In this document: in pieces, positions 50,531 through 60,128 of the stretch
Numbering within the stretch: the first letter of the stretch is position 1
How the letters are laid out: each line of letters starts with the position of its first letter
Program-made: the position numbers and the translations under genes
NCBI GenBank assembly: GCA_965223345.1
Contig: CBDCWG010000012.1
Span: 1,696,001-1,760,000 of the forward strand
From: Nitrospinales bacterium
Lineage (GTDB): Bacteria > Nitrospinota > Nitrospinia > Nitrospinales > VA-1
DNA: 64,000 nucleotides
Direction: 5' to 3'
Notes under the pieces: model-generated
The model's input: only the letters and a program-made list of their open reading frames with translations
Database searches by the model: none
Told to the model about the DNA's origin: nothing

Positions 50531-51905
50531 CTTTATCCCTGATCAAAGAAACAAGCGTCTCGACGTGCTGGGTCTGCGGGAACAGATCGACGACGGCGAG
50601 GTTGGCGATCTTGTAGTCGGTGAGCAGGGCGAGGTCGCGCGCTAAGGTGCTCGGGTTGCAGGAGACATACAGTATCTGCTTCGGCGCGAGGCGCTGGATG
50701 GCGTTGAGCGCAAGTTCGGAGCAGCCTTTGCGTGGTGGATCGACGATCACGGTCTGCGGCGCGTCCTCTTCCGGCAGGGCGGGCAGGATTTCCTCCACGG
50801 TTCCCTTCACGAATTCGCAGCTTGTGATCGCGTTGAGTTCGGCGCTTTTTTTCGCATCCTCGACGGCGGGGCCGAATTCCTCGACGCCGAGCACGCGCCT
50901 GCCTTTGTTCGCCAGCCACAGGGCGATGCCGCCGGAGCCGCAGTAGGCGTCCAGGATTGTTCCCTCTCCCGGCAGCAGCCAGCGTTCCAGCAAGCCGTAC
51001 AGGGCTTCGGTCTGTTCCGTGTTGACCTGGAAAAACGATCCCAGCGAGAGCTGAAAGGTGAGCCCGCCCAGCCGTTCGGTGAAAGCGTTTTGCCCCCACA
51101 GGGCGCGGGTGCGCTCGCCCAATATGACGTTGGTGTCTTTCAGGTTGAGGTTCTGCACGATGCCTTGCACCTGAAAGCGCTGGATGAATTCCGGGTTCTT
51201 GAGGTCGTTGAAAAACGGGCCGGGGAATTTCCCCTTGGCGGTGACGAGCCCGACGAGCGTGTCCCTGGTGCTTTCCGAATGGCGGATCACCAGTCCGCGG
51301 AAAAAGCCCCGGTGCTTTTTTTCATCGTAGATCGAGATGCGGTGCTTGGCGAGCAGCAGGCGGATCCACTCCTTGGCCTCGTTGATGGCCGGATGCAGGA
51401 TGTCGCAGCTTGGCGAATCGGCCACGGCGTGCGTGCCTTCGCTGAAAAAACCCAACTGCGGCTGGCCCGCCCGTCCGGCGACGGCGAAGCTCGCCTTGTT
51501 GCGGTAGCCGTAGGGTCGCGCGGCCGGGACGACTTCGATGTCATCAGGCGGTGCGATCTTGGCGATGCGTTCGAGCGCGTCGGTGACCACCTGCATCTTG
51601 AACCGCATCTGCTTTTCGTAGGCATAGTTTTGCAGCTTGCAACCGCCGCAGCGGGCGAACACAGGGCAGGGCGGCTCCACCCGGTCGGGCGAGGGGGTGA
51701 GCATCTCGATCACCTGCGCCACGCCGAAGCGCGGCGTGGTTTTTGCGATTTCGCCCAGCACCTTGTCGCCGGGCAGCCCGCCGGGGACGAACAGCGTGTA
51801 GCCCTGGTGACGGCAGATGCCGTCGCCGCTGGCGCCCTGGGTTTCGACGGTGAGCTCCAGCCGGTCGCCGGTGGTCACGGGTAGCGTGTGCTGCGGTTTC
51901 GCCAT
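50526..51905 (-). CDS. rlmD: 23S rRNA m5U1939 methyltransferase
   Basis: TRAM domain, C-x5-CGGC Fe-S motif, FFQVN, DAYCGSG, DPPRKG, YVSCNP, FPQTQHVE. Confidence 0.94.
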   Translation of the reverse strand: MAKPQHTLPVTTGDRLELTVETQGASGDGICRHQGYTLFVPGGLPGDKVLGEIAKTTPRFGVAQVIEMLTPSPDRVEPPCPVFARCGGCKLQNYAYEKQMRFKMQVVTDALERIAKIAPPDDIEVVPAARPYGYRNKASFAVAGRAGQPQLGFFSEGTHAVADSPSCDILHPAINEAKEWIRLLLAKHRISIYDEKKHRGFFRGLVIRHSESTRDTLVGLVTAKGKFPGPFFNDLKNPEFIQRFQVQGIVQNLNLKDTNVILGERTRALWGQNAFTERLGGLTFQLSLGSFFQVNTEQTEALYGLLERWLLPGEGTILDAYCGSGGIALWLANKGRRVLGVEEFGPAVEDAKKSAELNAITSCEFVKGTVEEILPALPEEDAPQTVIVDPPRKGCSELALNAIQRLAPKQILYVSCNPSTLARDLALLTDYKIANLAVVDLFPQTQHVETLVSLIRDKD

Positions 51906-52036
51906 GATGGTACAATCCCTCTCGAAGTTCAAAGTCGGCCAGCTTAGCACACCCTGAGGTTTTGGGTGAAGGAAAACCGGAGCCGGCGCATAATGTATAA
52001 CCCCATAAAATTCATGGATATAGGCGGAATATTCGC

Positions 52037-52801
52037 ATGGAAGACCTGATCTGCATCCTCGGGGCGGTGAAAGAGGAGATCGCGGGCGTCAAAAGTCAGA
52101 TGCGCGTGCGCGAACGCGTGAAGCTGGGCAAAGCCGACGCCTGGCTGGGCCAGTGGCAGGGCCGGGAGGTTCTCTTGGTGCGCACCGGCGTGGGCAAAAC
52201 GCGGGCAAAAGATGCGATCGAAAAGGTGCTGGCGGCGCATGCGCCGTCGCTGCTGGTTTCGCTCGGCTATGCGGGCGGCTGCGACCCCAGGCTCAAAACC
52301 GGCGATCTGTTGCTCGCGGACAGCCTGTGGCAGCTCGATCTCGCTGATGCTTCAGAAAATTCGCTCAAGGCCAAGCCGGTTGACTGCAAACCGGTCGCAA
52401 TGGAAACGCTGCCGAGCGCGTTTGCCGACGGCGGGGCGTCGGTGTATCGCGGCGGGCTGGTGACGGTGGACAAGGTGGTGACCGATCCCGCACTCAAGCG
52501 GCGCATCGGCGAAACCAACGCGGTGCTCGCCTGCGACATGGAAACCAGCGTGCTGGCACAGGCGGCTGCGGGGCAGGGCGTGCGGTTTGTGTCGCTGCGC
52601 GCCATCTCCGACACGGTGGAGGAACAACTGATGGATGTCTCGCCGTTCATGGAGGACGGCGAGGTGTCGAAACTCAAAGCCGGCTGGTACGTGCTCACGC
52701 ATCCGGGTTCCCTGAAGACGTTTAAAAACCTCAAGGAGATCGCGGATCTCGCGACTGCAAATTTGACCCGCTGCCTCAAGGCGCTGCTCAAGGGACTGTG
52801 A
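52037..52801 (+). CDS. Nucleoside phosphorylase/nucleosidase family protein (MtnN/HpnG-like)
   Basis: GA-x2-E, TGVGK, GYAGG, DMET, RAISD. Confidence 0.8.
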   Translation: MEDLICILGAVKEEIAGVKSQMRVRERVKLGKADAWLGQWQGREVLLVRTGVGKTRAKDAIEKVLAAHAPSLLVSLGYAGGCDPRLKTGDLLLADSLWQLDLADASENSLKAKPVDCKPVAMETLPSAFADGGASVYRGGLVTVDKVVTDPALKRRIGETNAVLACDMETSVLAQAAAGQGVRFVSLRAISDTVEEQLMDVSPFMEDGEVSKLKAGWYVLTHPGSLKTFKNLKEIADLATANLTRCLKALLKGL

Positions 52802-53177
52802 CGTTATTGGTTCCAAGCAGGCCGCGCGTGCGTTCCTCGCAGGAGCTGTGGTGGATTTTCCCTTGGCGCGCGGTGGTCTCGCAGTAGTAGGTCCCGTGCC
52901 CCGGCCGCCAGCGCAGGGACTCAGCGGGAACGCTCCAGACGTGCGCGCCGAAATCAATGGCGGCGTTGCCCCGGAGCGCCGCCTGGTGGTTGATCTGGAT
53001 GAAATTTTTCGGCAGCCGCTTCCAGCCGATGTAGACGCTGTTCTGCTCAAACTCCACCCACTCGATTTCCGTTATGTTGTCCAGATAGGAAAGTTTTTCA
53101 CGGAGCATGCGGGCGTGGTCGATCGCTTCGGCGGGTGTGAGCCAGAGGCAGGCCAGAAGCAAGAAAAACGTCTTCAT
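52788..53177 (-). CDS. Exported hypothetical protein
   Basis: Signal peptide MKTFFLLLACLWLTPAEA; 129 aa. Confidence 0.65.
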   Translation of the reverse strand: MKTFFLLLACLWLTPAEAIDHARMLREKLSYLDNITEIEWVEFEQNSVYIGWKRLPKNFIQINHQAALRGNAAIDFGAHVWSVPAESLRWRPGHGTYYCETTARQGKIHHSSCEERTRGLLGTNNVTVP

Positions 53178-53432
53178 TCGTATTTTGTTTTGCTTGCGGT
53201 TTTTATCATTTCTTTGGAAAGACCGATGGCTTCTTGAAACGCGGATTTGGGCGATTTGCCGAAATCGTGCAGGTCGGGGGAGAGGGTGGATTCTTTATAC
53301 CGGAAAATTTTGACGGGGAGGGAAGAATTTTCCCCGCATTTGCGGGAAACTTTGACAGTTTGGGCGGCGTTTCTTTACTTAATTTGTTGAAAAAATGTGA
53401 AAATTTAAAGCTGTTTCCCGGTTTTTCGGGAT

Positions 53433-53448
53433 TGGCACAAGCTTTGCT
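53433..53448 (+). promoter_or_regulatory. Sigma-54 promoter (-24/-12)
   Basis: TGGCAC-AAGCT-TTGCT with exact GG-N10-GC spacing; AT-rich tract and CCCGCA-TT-TGCGGG palindrome (53333-53346) upstream. Confidence 0.8.
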
Positions 53449-53458
53449 TTAAAGATCA

Positions 53459-53572
53459 GTGAAGATTCGAAATGGCACTGCCTCCTCCAACGGATTGGGT
53501 CCCCTCAGACCCAATCCGTGGCGTGCCTAACCGAAAGTGGTTTGGGCCCCTTCCTCAAGGGGCCCTTTTTTT
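53459..53572 (+). ncRNA. Candidate sigma-54-dependent small RNA with three CCUC motifs
   Basis: Lies between the sigma-54 promoter and a plus-strand terminator; perfect 12-bp hairpin; no credible ORF. Confidence 0.65.
53544..53572 (+). terminator. Intrinsic terminator
   Basis: GGGCCCCTT-CCTC-AAGGGGCCC followed by T7. Confidence 0.85.
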
Positions 53573-53580
53573 GTCTTTTT

Positions 53581-55032
53581 TCAGGATGCTTTTTGCTTTT
53601 CGGCGGGAGGCGGCGGCAGGGTCTGCGTCCATTCCTCCAGTTTTTTCTCGATCTGCGGCGTGCTTTTGATCTGCGGCTGGGAATAGGGGCCGTTGTGCTT
53701 TTCTTCCAGTTTGCGAATCCGGGAGGCGGCGGTGGAGAAGGCCTGTTTGAAGGAGTTGGTGTCGTTAAACCCGTCCACCAGCAGGGCCTTGGAAAAATCC
53801 CGGCAATCCTCCCTGTCCCAGGCGCAAAAATAGGCGAGTTCGTCCTCGCTGGCGGCGGTCATGATCAACGTCGTGTCGTCTTTGATGGTTTCTATGAAGC
53901 CACCGGAATAGCAGGTGTTGATGACGATCACCTTCCATTTGATTCCGGATTCCTTGAGCAATTCCGCCAACACACCGGCGTCCAGCGATTGCATAGGCAA
54001 ATCTCCCATCTCCACCGTGACCTCGTTGAACTCCGACCCGTGACTGGTGATATAGAGGAAGAGAATGTCTTCCTCGGTGTTCATACGCGCCGCGATTTGC
54101 TTGAGCGATTCTTTCAGGTTGGTCACGGTTGCCAGCGGCAGCCGGTCCATCGTTTCCCGGTGATTGACCAGCCTCAAAGAGCGGCCTTTGTTTTGAAATC
54201 TATTTTCGAAATATTCCTGTACCTGCCCGGATTCGACCATCAATCTTTTCTCTTTCCAGTCGCTGCTGAACGATACGAAATACATATCCGGCTTTCCGGG
54301 CCGATGGGGCTGCAACTTATTGAGGGACTGCTGCACGCGCTCGTGCTGTTTGTAGAAAATGTCCTCAGCGTGCAAATCCAAAGCGGGCGGCATGCCCGCG
54401 AATGCATTGTCTTCTAAAAAGGCAGTGATTGGCAGGTCCCAGTCGTCTTTGTTTTTGTGATACAAGCCGGGCAGGCCGAAGGACACGATCAAAAAAACAG
54501 CCAAAATTGCTTTTCTTCTAAAAGATAGAGAAGAAGACGACCATACCATCGGCTGGTAACGGGACACTTTCTTGATTTTGGAGCGGACCCACAAATAGTA
54601 GCCCAGAGCGATCAGCAGAAATAAATAATCAAAAGGACCTTCATTGATCAGTGTATCCATAAGGCTCGGCGACCATTGGATTCCCAGTAACCAGGGCGCA
54701 CCGACAAAAATGAGAACGCCTGCCACGATGAAATAAACCAGAAGCCGGATGGACAGAGGCAGGTTGAGGCAAATGAAGCGACGAAGGAAATGGCGATTGT
54801 CGCCATTGGCGTTGGTCCAGTAGCACAGCGTCACTCCCAAGAGCGCTATCAAAGTATAGGAAGTGGAGAAGAACACCATCGAAGGCGTAGCCGGTTGCGG
54901 GAACAGTTCATAGAGCTGAGTTTCCAAGTAGATGAAGAAAGTCCACACCAAAAAATACTTGAAGGTTTCCCGTTCGCTGATCCGGTCCTGCCTGAGATCT
55001 TCGACCAGTTTCTCGACCCGCCAGATGTACAT
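53581..55032 (-). CDS. C13 (legumain-like) peptidase with N-terminal multi-TM domain
   Basis: LFLYITSHGS (His) and NTCYSGGF (Cys) dyad; hydrophobic N-terminal region of about 190 aa. Confidence 0.85.
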   Translation of the reverse strand: MYIWRVEKLVEDLRQDRISERETFKYFLVWTFFIYLETQLYELFPQPATPSMVFFSTSYTLIALLGVTLCYWTNANGDNRHFLRRFICLNLPLSIRLLVYFIVAGVLIFVGAPWLLGIQWSPSLMDTLINEGPFDYLFLLIALGYYLWVRSKIKKVSRYQPMVWSSSSLSFRRKAILAVFLIVSFGLPGLYHKNKDDWDLPITAFLEDNAFAGMPPALDLHAEDIFYKQHERVQQSLNKLQPHRPGKPDMYFVSFSSDWKEKRLMVESGQVQEYFENRFQNKGRSLRLVNHRETMDRLPLATVTNLKESLKQIAARMNTEEDILFLYITSHGSEFNEVTVEMGDLPMQSLDAGVLAELLKESGIKWKVIVINTCYSGGFIETIKDDTTLIMTAASEDELAYFCAWDREDCRDFSKALLVDGFNDTNSFKQAFSTAASRIRKLEEKHNGPYSQPQIKSTPQIEKKLEEWTQTLPPPPAEKQKAS

Positions 55033-55100
55033 GCCAATTCCCCGGATGGTTGCGTTTGAGCCTGAATAGCCAATGGAAAGTGAGACTTTCGGGATTAAAG

Positions 55101-55116
55101 AGCAATTCAGGTGCCA
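55101..55116 (-). promoter_or_regulatory. Sigma-54 promoter of the C13 peptidase gene
   Basis: Minus strand TGGCAC-CTGAA-TTGCT, about 70 nt upstream of the ATG. Confidence 0.75.
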
Positions 55117-55235
55117 AATGGGGGGCTTTGAAAAAGCGCGGGTTGTGGAGGGGAAAGCGGGACGAGGGTGAGCTAAATTATGACTTTTTAGACACTTTGC
55201 CCCTGTGGGGCGATCGGGATCGGAGTGGGGCCGGG

Positions 55236-56201
55236 CTATTTCACTGCAAACTGCCAGTGGTCGTTGGAGCCGCCGCCGCCGGGATTGGGGCCGCCGGTCA
55301 ACAGGTGGATCTTGCCGTTGACCAGCGCGCTGCCCATGCCGTGCCGGCCTTCGGGCATCGGCGCCCAGGTTTTCCAGCTGTCGGTGCCGGGGTCGTAGGC
55401 TTCGTTTTCATCGAAGGCTTTCACGCCCGATTCGCCGCCAAAGATGTGGATCTTGCCGTTCAGCACCTGGGCGGTGATGCCGCTGCGTTTGGTGGGCAAG
55501 GGACTCAGGGTCTTCCAGGCGCCGGATTTGGGGTCGAACGCTTCGTTGGCGTCGAGGTTGTTGTTGTAGTTCACGTTCACGCGGCCGCCGATGGCGTACA
55601 GGATGCCGTTCACGGTGGCGGCGGTGTGGTGGTCGCGCGGGGTGGGCAAGGGAGCCAGCGCCTGCCACTTGTCGGTGGCCGGGTCGTACACTTCGTTGGC
55701 GCCGGTGTTGACGAGCCGGAAAAACTTGCGGTGCGCGCCGCCGAGGGCGTAGATCTTGCCGTCGATCACGGCGGAAGCGAGGGCGCCGCGCTTGGTGGGC
55801 ATGGGCGCTTTCGCGGTCCAGGTGTCGGTCGTGGGATCGTATTCGTAGGTCCCGTTGGTGGGGCTCCACATGGCCGAATGGAAGCCGCCGACCACGTAGA
55901 TCTTATCGTTCACCACCGAAGCGGCAGTGTGGTGCAAGGGCTGGGGCAGCGGGCTTTTTTCTTCCCAGCTGTCGGTGGCCGGATCGTACACTTCCAGCTT
56001 GTTGGTGACGCCCTTGGGGCCGAACCCGCCGAGGATGTAGATCTTTCCCTGCACCGCGACCACCGAAACTTCGGTGCGGATGGTGGGCGCGCGTTTCAGT
56101 TCTTTCCAGACGCCCGGAAGCTGCGCCTTGAGGGGCGCGACGCTCCCCAGCAAAAAGGAAAGGGAAAGAAAAGCAATGGCACTGATTCGTTGCGGTTGCA
56201 T
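55236..56201 (-). CDS. Exported Kelch-repeat beta-propeller protein
   Basis: Six GKIY-x-GG...YDP-x-D-x-W repeats. Confidence 0.92.
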   Translation of the reverse strand: MQPQRISAIAFLSLSFLLGSVAPLKAQLPGVWKELKRAPTIRTEVSVVAVQGKIYILGGFGPKGVTNKLEVYDPATDSWEEKSPLPQPLHHTAASVVNDKIYVVGGFHSAMWSPTNGTYEYDPTTDTWTAKAPMPTKRGALASAVIDGKIYALGGAHRKFFRLVNTGANEVYDPATDKWQALAPLPTPRDHHTAATVNGILYAIGGRVNVNYNNNLDANEAFDPKSGAWKTLSPLPTKRSGITAQVLNGKIHIFGGESGVKAFDENEAYDPGTDSWKTWAPMPEGRHGMGSALVNGKIHLLTGGPNPGGGGSNDHWQFAVK

Positions 56202-56232
56202 GATCGACTCCTCGGGGTTGCCACCCCTTGCG

Positions 56233-57096
56233 TTAATTGGGGGTTTCGATGGCCTGGCCGCGGACGAGGCGGTCGATGGGCTTGATCTGTTCGAGAAGCC
56301 CGGCGAGGTGATCGAGCTTCAGCATGTTGGGACCGTCGGAAAGGGCGTTGTCGGGATCGGGATGGATCTCCATGAACACGGCGTCGCAGCCCACGGCCAC
56401 CGCGCCGCGCGCCATCTCCGGGATCAGTTCGCGCTGGCCGCCGCTTTTCGTGCCCTGGCCTCCGGGGAGTTGCAGGCTGTGGGTGGCGTCGAACACCACG
56501 GGACAGCCGTGCTCGCGCATGAGGGCGAGGGAGCGCATGTCCACAACGAGGTTGTTGTAGCCGAACATGAAACCGCGCTCGGTGAGCAGGATGTCCGCGC
56601 TGCCGCTCTGCTGCACTTTGTGAACGACGTTTTTCATGTCCCAGGGCGCCATGAACTGGCCTTTCTTGATGTTGACGGCCTTGCCCGAGCGGGCGGCGGC
56701 CACCAAGAGGTCGGTCTGCCGGCAGAGAAACGCCGGGATCTGCAGCACGTCCAGCACTTCCGCGGCGGGGCCGATCTCTTCCTCTTTATGGATGTCCGAG
56801 AGCACCGGAACCGCCAGCTCGTCCCGCACTTTTTTTAAAATCGCGAGCCCTTCAGCGAGGCCGGGGCCGCGAAACGAATCGAGCGAGGAGCGGTTGGCCT
56901 TGTCGTAGGACGATTTGAAGACAAACGGCACGCCCGCATCGGTTGCGATGCGCTTGAGTTTTTCCGCGGTCTGCAGCGTGGTCTTCTCCGATTCGATGAC
57001 GCAGGGGCCCGCGATCAGGGCGAGCGGATGCGTCCCGCCGACGGTCACGGAGCCGATGGAGACGGCTTTGGCGATGCGGGGTGCTTTCGGATTCAT
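56233..57096 (-). CDS. kdsA: KDO-8-phosphate synthase
   Basis: [44 protein letters not shown]. Confidence 0.96.
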   Translation of the reverse strand: MNPKAPRIAKAVSIGSVTVGGTHPLALIAGPCVIESEKTTLQTAEKLKRIATDAGVPFVFKSSYDKANRSSLDSFRGPGLAEGLAILKKVRDELAVPVLSDIHKEEEIGPAAEVLDVLQIPAFLCRQTDLLVAAARSGKAVNIKKGQFMAPWDMKNVVHKVQQSGSADILLTERGFMFGYNNLVVDMRSLALMREHGCPVVFDATHSLQLPGGQGTKSGGQRELIPEMARGAVAVGCDAVFMEIHPDPDNALSDGPNMLKLDHLAGLLEQIKPIDRLVRGQAIETPN

Positions 57097-57536
57097 GGTT
57101 GCTGGGGCTCCGGCTCATCCAGCTCGATGCCGATGGGAACGGGATGCGGGACCTGCGTGCGTTCGGGGATGCCGTCGGGCGCCAGCAGGCCCAGGGTGAT
57201 CTCGCGCGCTTTTTCCTGGTTGTTCACCTTGTGCAGGGCCTCAAACCCGTTCGCCTGCAAGGGCGCGAGGTTCACCTCGGGAAAATCCGGCGTCATGAAC
57301 AGGATGAAATCGAGCTTTTTCAGCTTCTTCTTGATGTTCATCAGGTGCTTGGGCTCGGATTTGCCTTTTCTCAGGACGTAGATCACCAGATCGCAGCGCA
57401 CCAGCTGGGTCTGCTTGAAGCAGTCGTTGATGGAGACGAAGCTCATGATGGTGAAAAATTCCTGTTTGAGGAATTTGCACAGCTGGATACGGTCGCTGCG
57501 GACGGGATCGACGATGAAAATGGTTTTGTATTTCAT
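57093..57536 (-). CDS. Receiver-like (pseudo-receiver) protein
   Basis: TIFIVD...CDLVIYV...ILFMT CheY-like topology; ATGA overlap with kdsA. Confidence 0.6.
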   Translation of the reverse strand: MKYKTIFIVDPVRSDRIQLCKFLKQEFFTIMSFVSINDCFKQTQLVRCDLVIYVLRKGKSEPKHLMNIKKKLKKLDFILFMTPDFPEVNLAPLQANGFEALHKVNNQEKAREITLGLLAPDGIPERTQVPHPVPIGIELDEPEPQQP

Positions 57537-57827
57537 TCCTGTTGCCTTTGCAATTCGAGGGGTGCTGTTCCGGTTCAGCGGGGAAAAGCCTTGCGATTCC
57601 GCGCGCAAAGCCCGTTTCGGCCTTCCGCATTCGCATATTCAGTCTACCACAAACACCGCCCGGTGGAACCTCAAATGGCGGATTTGGCAGGGGGTTTTGG
57701 TTTGACTTTGCCGGAAAGCCTGTGAAAAAATATCTACAGTGTCCGGGCGGTCCGGAACCGTGACCGGGCTTCGCCATTCCCTTGAACGAACCTATCCGAT
57801 TTCAGGACGTTCCTTTCACCCAGGTGC

Positions 57828-59147
57828 GTGCCCTTGAAGACCCATATTAAATGGACGATCGTGTGTCTGGTTCTCATTTTCCTGCCTGTTCAGGCGTGGG
57901 CGCAGGACCGCATCCGTGTGGTGGAAGTCGCCGGCGCGATCAACCCCGTGGTGGCCGAATTCATCACCGATGAGATCCTCGACGCCGGCGCGGTGGGCGA
58001 CGAGCTGGTGGTGATCCGCATGGACACCCCCGGCGGGCTCGACACCTCGATGCGCCAGATCATCAAAGGCATCCAGAATTCGAAAGTTCCGGTGGCGACG
58101 TTCGTGGCCCCCAGCGGATCGCGGGCGGCTTCGGCGGGAACATTCATCTCGTATGCGTCGCACATCGCGGCCATGGCTCCCGGCACCAATATCGGCGCAG
58201 CCAGCCCGGTCAACCTGATGGGTGGCGGAGGCGGCGAGAACGAGCAGGCCAAGACGATGAAAGACAAGGTCACCAACGACGCGGCGGCCTACATCCGTTC
58301 GCTGGCCGAACAGCGCGGCCGCAACGCCTATTGGGGCGAACTGGCGGTCAAGAAAAGCGTGTCCATCTCGGCGGAGGAAGCGAAAAAACTCAACGTCATC
58401 GACCTGGTCGCCTCCGATCTGGACGCGCTGGTGCTGGCAGTGGACGGCCGCGAAGTGAAGATGGGCACGGAGACGATCGTTCTTGAGACCAAGGACAAAG
58501 AGATCGTCTATAAGGAGATGAGTCCGCGGCAGCGCATCCTCGATACGATCTCCAACCCGAACGTCGCCTACGTGCTGATGATGCTGGGGCTGGTGGGGCT
58601 TTATTTCGAGCTTTCCAACCCGGGGCTCATCCTGCCGGGCGTCATCGGTGGCATCAGCATCATCCTGGCGCTGTACGCCATGCAGACGCTGCCCGTCAAT
58701 TATGCGGGCCTGCTGCTGATCGTGCTGGGCGTGGTGCTGTTCATCGCGGAGATCGGCGTGATGAGCTACGGCCTGTTGTCGGTGGCGGGGGCGATCTCGA
58801 TCTTTCTCGGGTCGGTGATGCTGATCGAAAGCGACGATCCCGCCATGCAGATTTCCAAAGGTGTGCTCATTCCCACGCTGCTGTTCTTCTTCCTGGTGTC
58901 CGCGGGGATCATTTATCTGGCGGCCCAGGCACTCCGGCGGCGGGCGGTGACCGGCGTCGAAGCGCTGATCGGAGCGCGCGGCGTGGTGAAGAACGAGCTG
59001 AATCCCGCCGGAACCGTGCTCATCCACGGGGAGATGTGGAACGCGGAGAGCGATCACACCATCGACGCGGGCGAGTCCGTGGTGGTGAAAGCGGTGGATG
59101 GGCTGAAACTCAAAGTGGCCGCCGACAAGGAGGCCCGCACCGTTTGA
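57828..59147 (+). CDS. nfeD: NfeD-family membrane serine protease
   Basis: DTPGG, AASAG, PGTNIGAA, TM region and C-terminal OB domain (HGEMWNA). Confidence 0.92.
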   Translation: MPLKTHIKWTIVCLVLIFLPVQAWAQDRIRVVEVAGAINPVVAEFITDEILDAGAVGDELVVIRMDTPGGLDTSMRQIIKGIQNSKVPVATFVAPSGSRAASAGTFISYASHIAAMAPGTNIGAASPVNLMGGGGGENEQAKTMKDKVTNDAAAYIRSLAEQRGRNAYWGELAVKKSVSISAEEAKKLNVIDLVASDLDALVLAVDGREVKMGTETIVLETKDKEIVYKEMSPRQRILDTISNPNVAYVLMMLGLVGLYFELSNPGLILPGVIGGISIILALYAMQTLPVNYAGLLLIVLGVVLFIAEIGVMSYGLLSVAGAISIFLGSVMLIESDDPAMQISKGVLIPTLLFFFLVSAGIIYLAAQALRRRAVTGVEALIGARGVVKNELNPAGTVLIHGEMWNAESDHTIDAGESVVVKAVDGLKLKVAADKEARTV

Positions 59148-59253
59148 GTCCGGCGGCGGTCCCGGCGAGAGCTCACCTCTCTGAGCGTCCTTTCCCGGCA
59201 GTTTTGATGACAGCGATGTGTTTGTTTCCTTCCGGCGGGTCCCGGTGAAAATA

Positions 59254-60090
59254 ATGTCCTTTTTACAGACGGCGGGTTGGGTTCTTTTGTTCTTTGTGCT
59301 GTATGCCGTGCTGCTGGTGGCCTGCGAGCGCAAGATCATCTTCCACCCGCACAAATACCCCGCGGGATTCTGGCAGCCGGAGCAGATCGGCGTTCAGGCG
59401 GAAGACCTGTTTTTTACCACCGAGGACGGCGTGAAGCTGCACGGCTGGTTCGTGCCGGCTGAAAACCCGCGCGGCACCCTGCTGTGGTTTCACGGCAACG
59501 CGGGCAACCTTTCGCACCGGCTGGACAACATCCGCAGGCTGCAACCGCTGGATCTGAATATATTCATTTTCGACTACCGCGGTTTCGGAAAAAGCGAAGG
59601 CGTGCCGGACGAGCCGGGCATGTACCTCGACTCGCAGGCCGCTTACGACACGCTGCTGCGCGAGAAAAACATCGATCCGGACAGGCTGATCCTGTTCGGC
59701 CGGTCGCTGGGCGGCGTCTGCGCGGTGCACACCGCGTCGAAGAACAAGGCCGCCGGGCTGATTCTGGAGTCGGTGTTCACCAACGCCGAGGCGATGGCGA
59801 AGCAGATGTTTCCCGTGCCGCTGGGCTGGGCGATTTCATCCGAGCTCGATGCGCTCGGCAAAGTCGGAGCCTTGACGCTGCCCAAGCTGTTTCTGCACGG
59901 CACGCAGGACGAAGTGGTGCCGTATGCGATGGGGCGCGAGCTGTACGCGGCGGCGGGCGAGCCGAAGCGTTTTTACGATATCGAGGGGGCCGGCCACAAC
60001 GACACCTATCACGTGGGCGGGAAGGATTATTTCGACGCGTGGGGTCAGTTCATCGATGAGATACTGCCGCGTCCAAAAGAGACTGAATGA
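59254..60090 (+). CDS. Alpha/beta hydrolase (Bem46/ABHD-like)
   Basis: FHGNAGN, DYRGFG, GRSLGG, HG-x2-D, GAGHND. Confidence 0.9.
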   Translation: MSFLQTAGWVLLFFVLYAVLLVACERKIIFHPHKYPAGFWQPEQIGVQAEDLFFTTEDGVKLHGWFVPAENPRGTLLWFHGNAGNLSHRLDNIRRLQPLDLNIFIFDYRGFGKSEGVPDEPGMYLDSQAAYDTLLREKNIDPDRLILFGRSLGGVCAVHTASKNKAAGLILESVFTNAEAMAKQMFPVPLGWAISSELDALGKVGALTLPKLFLHGTQDEVVPYAMGRELYAAAGEPKRFYDIEGAGHNDTYHVGGKDYFDAWGQFIDEILPRPKETE

Positions 60091-60128
60091 ACTTCCCGTT
60101 GCTCTCCAAAATAGTGCGGTTTTAAACC

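Noticed and set aside
53472..53669. 65-aa ORF downstream of the sigma-54 promoter
   Set aside because: No SD, runs through a strong terminator and overlaps the convergent gene; an RNA interpretation fits better
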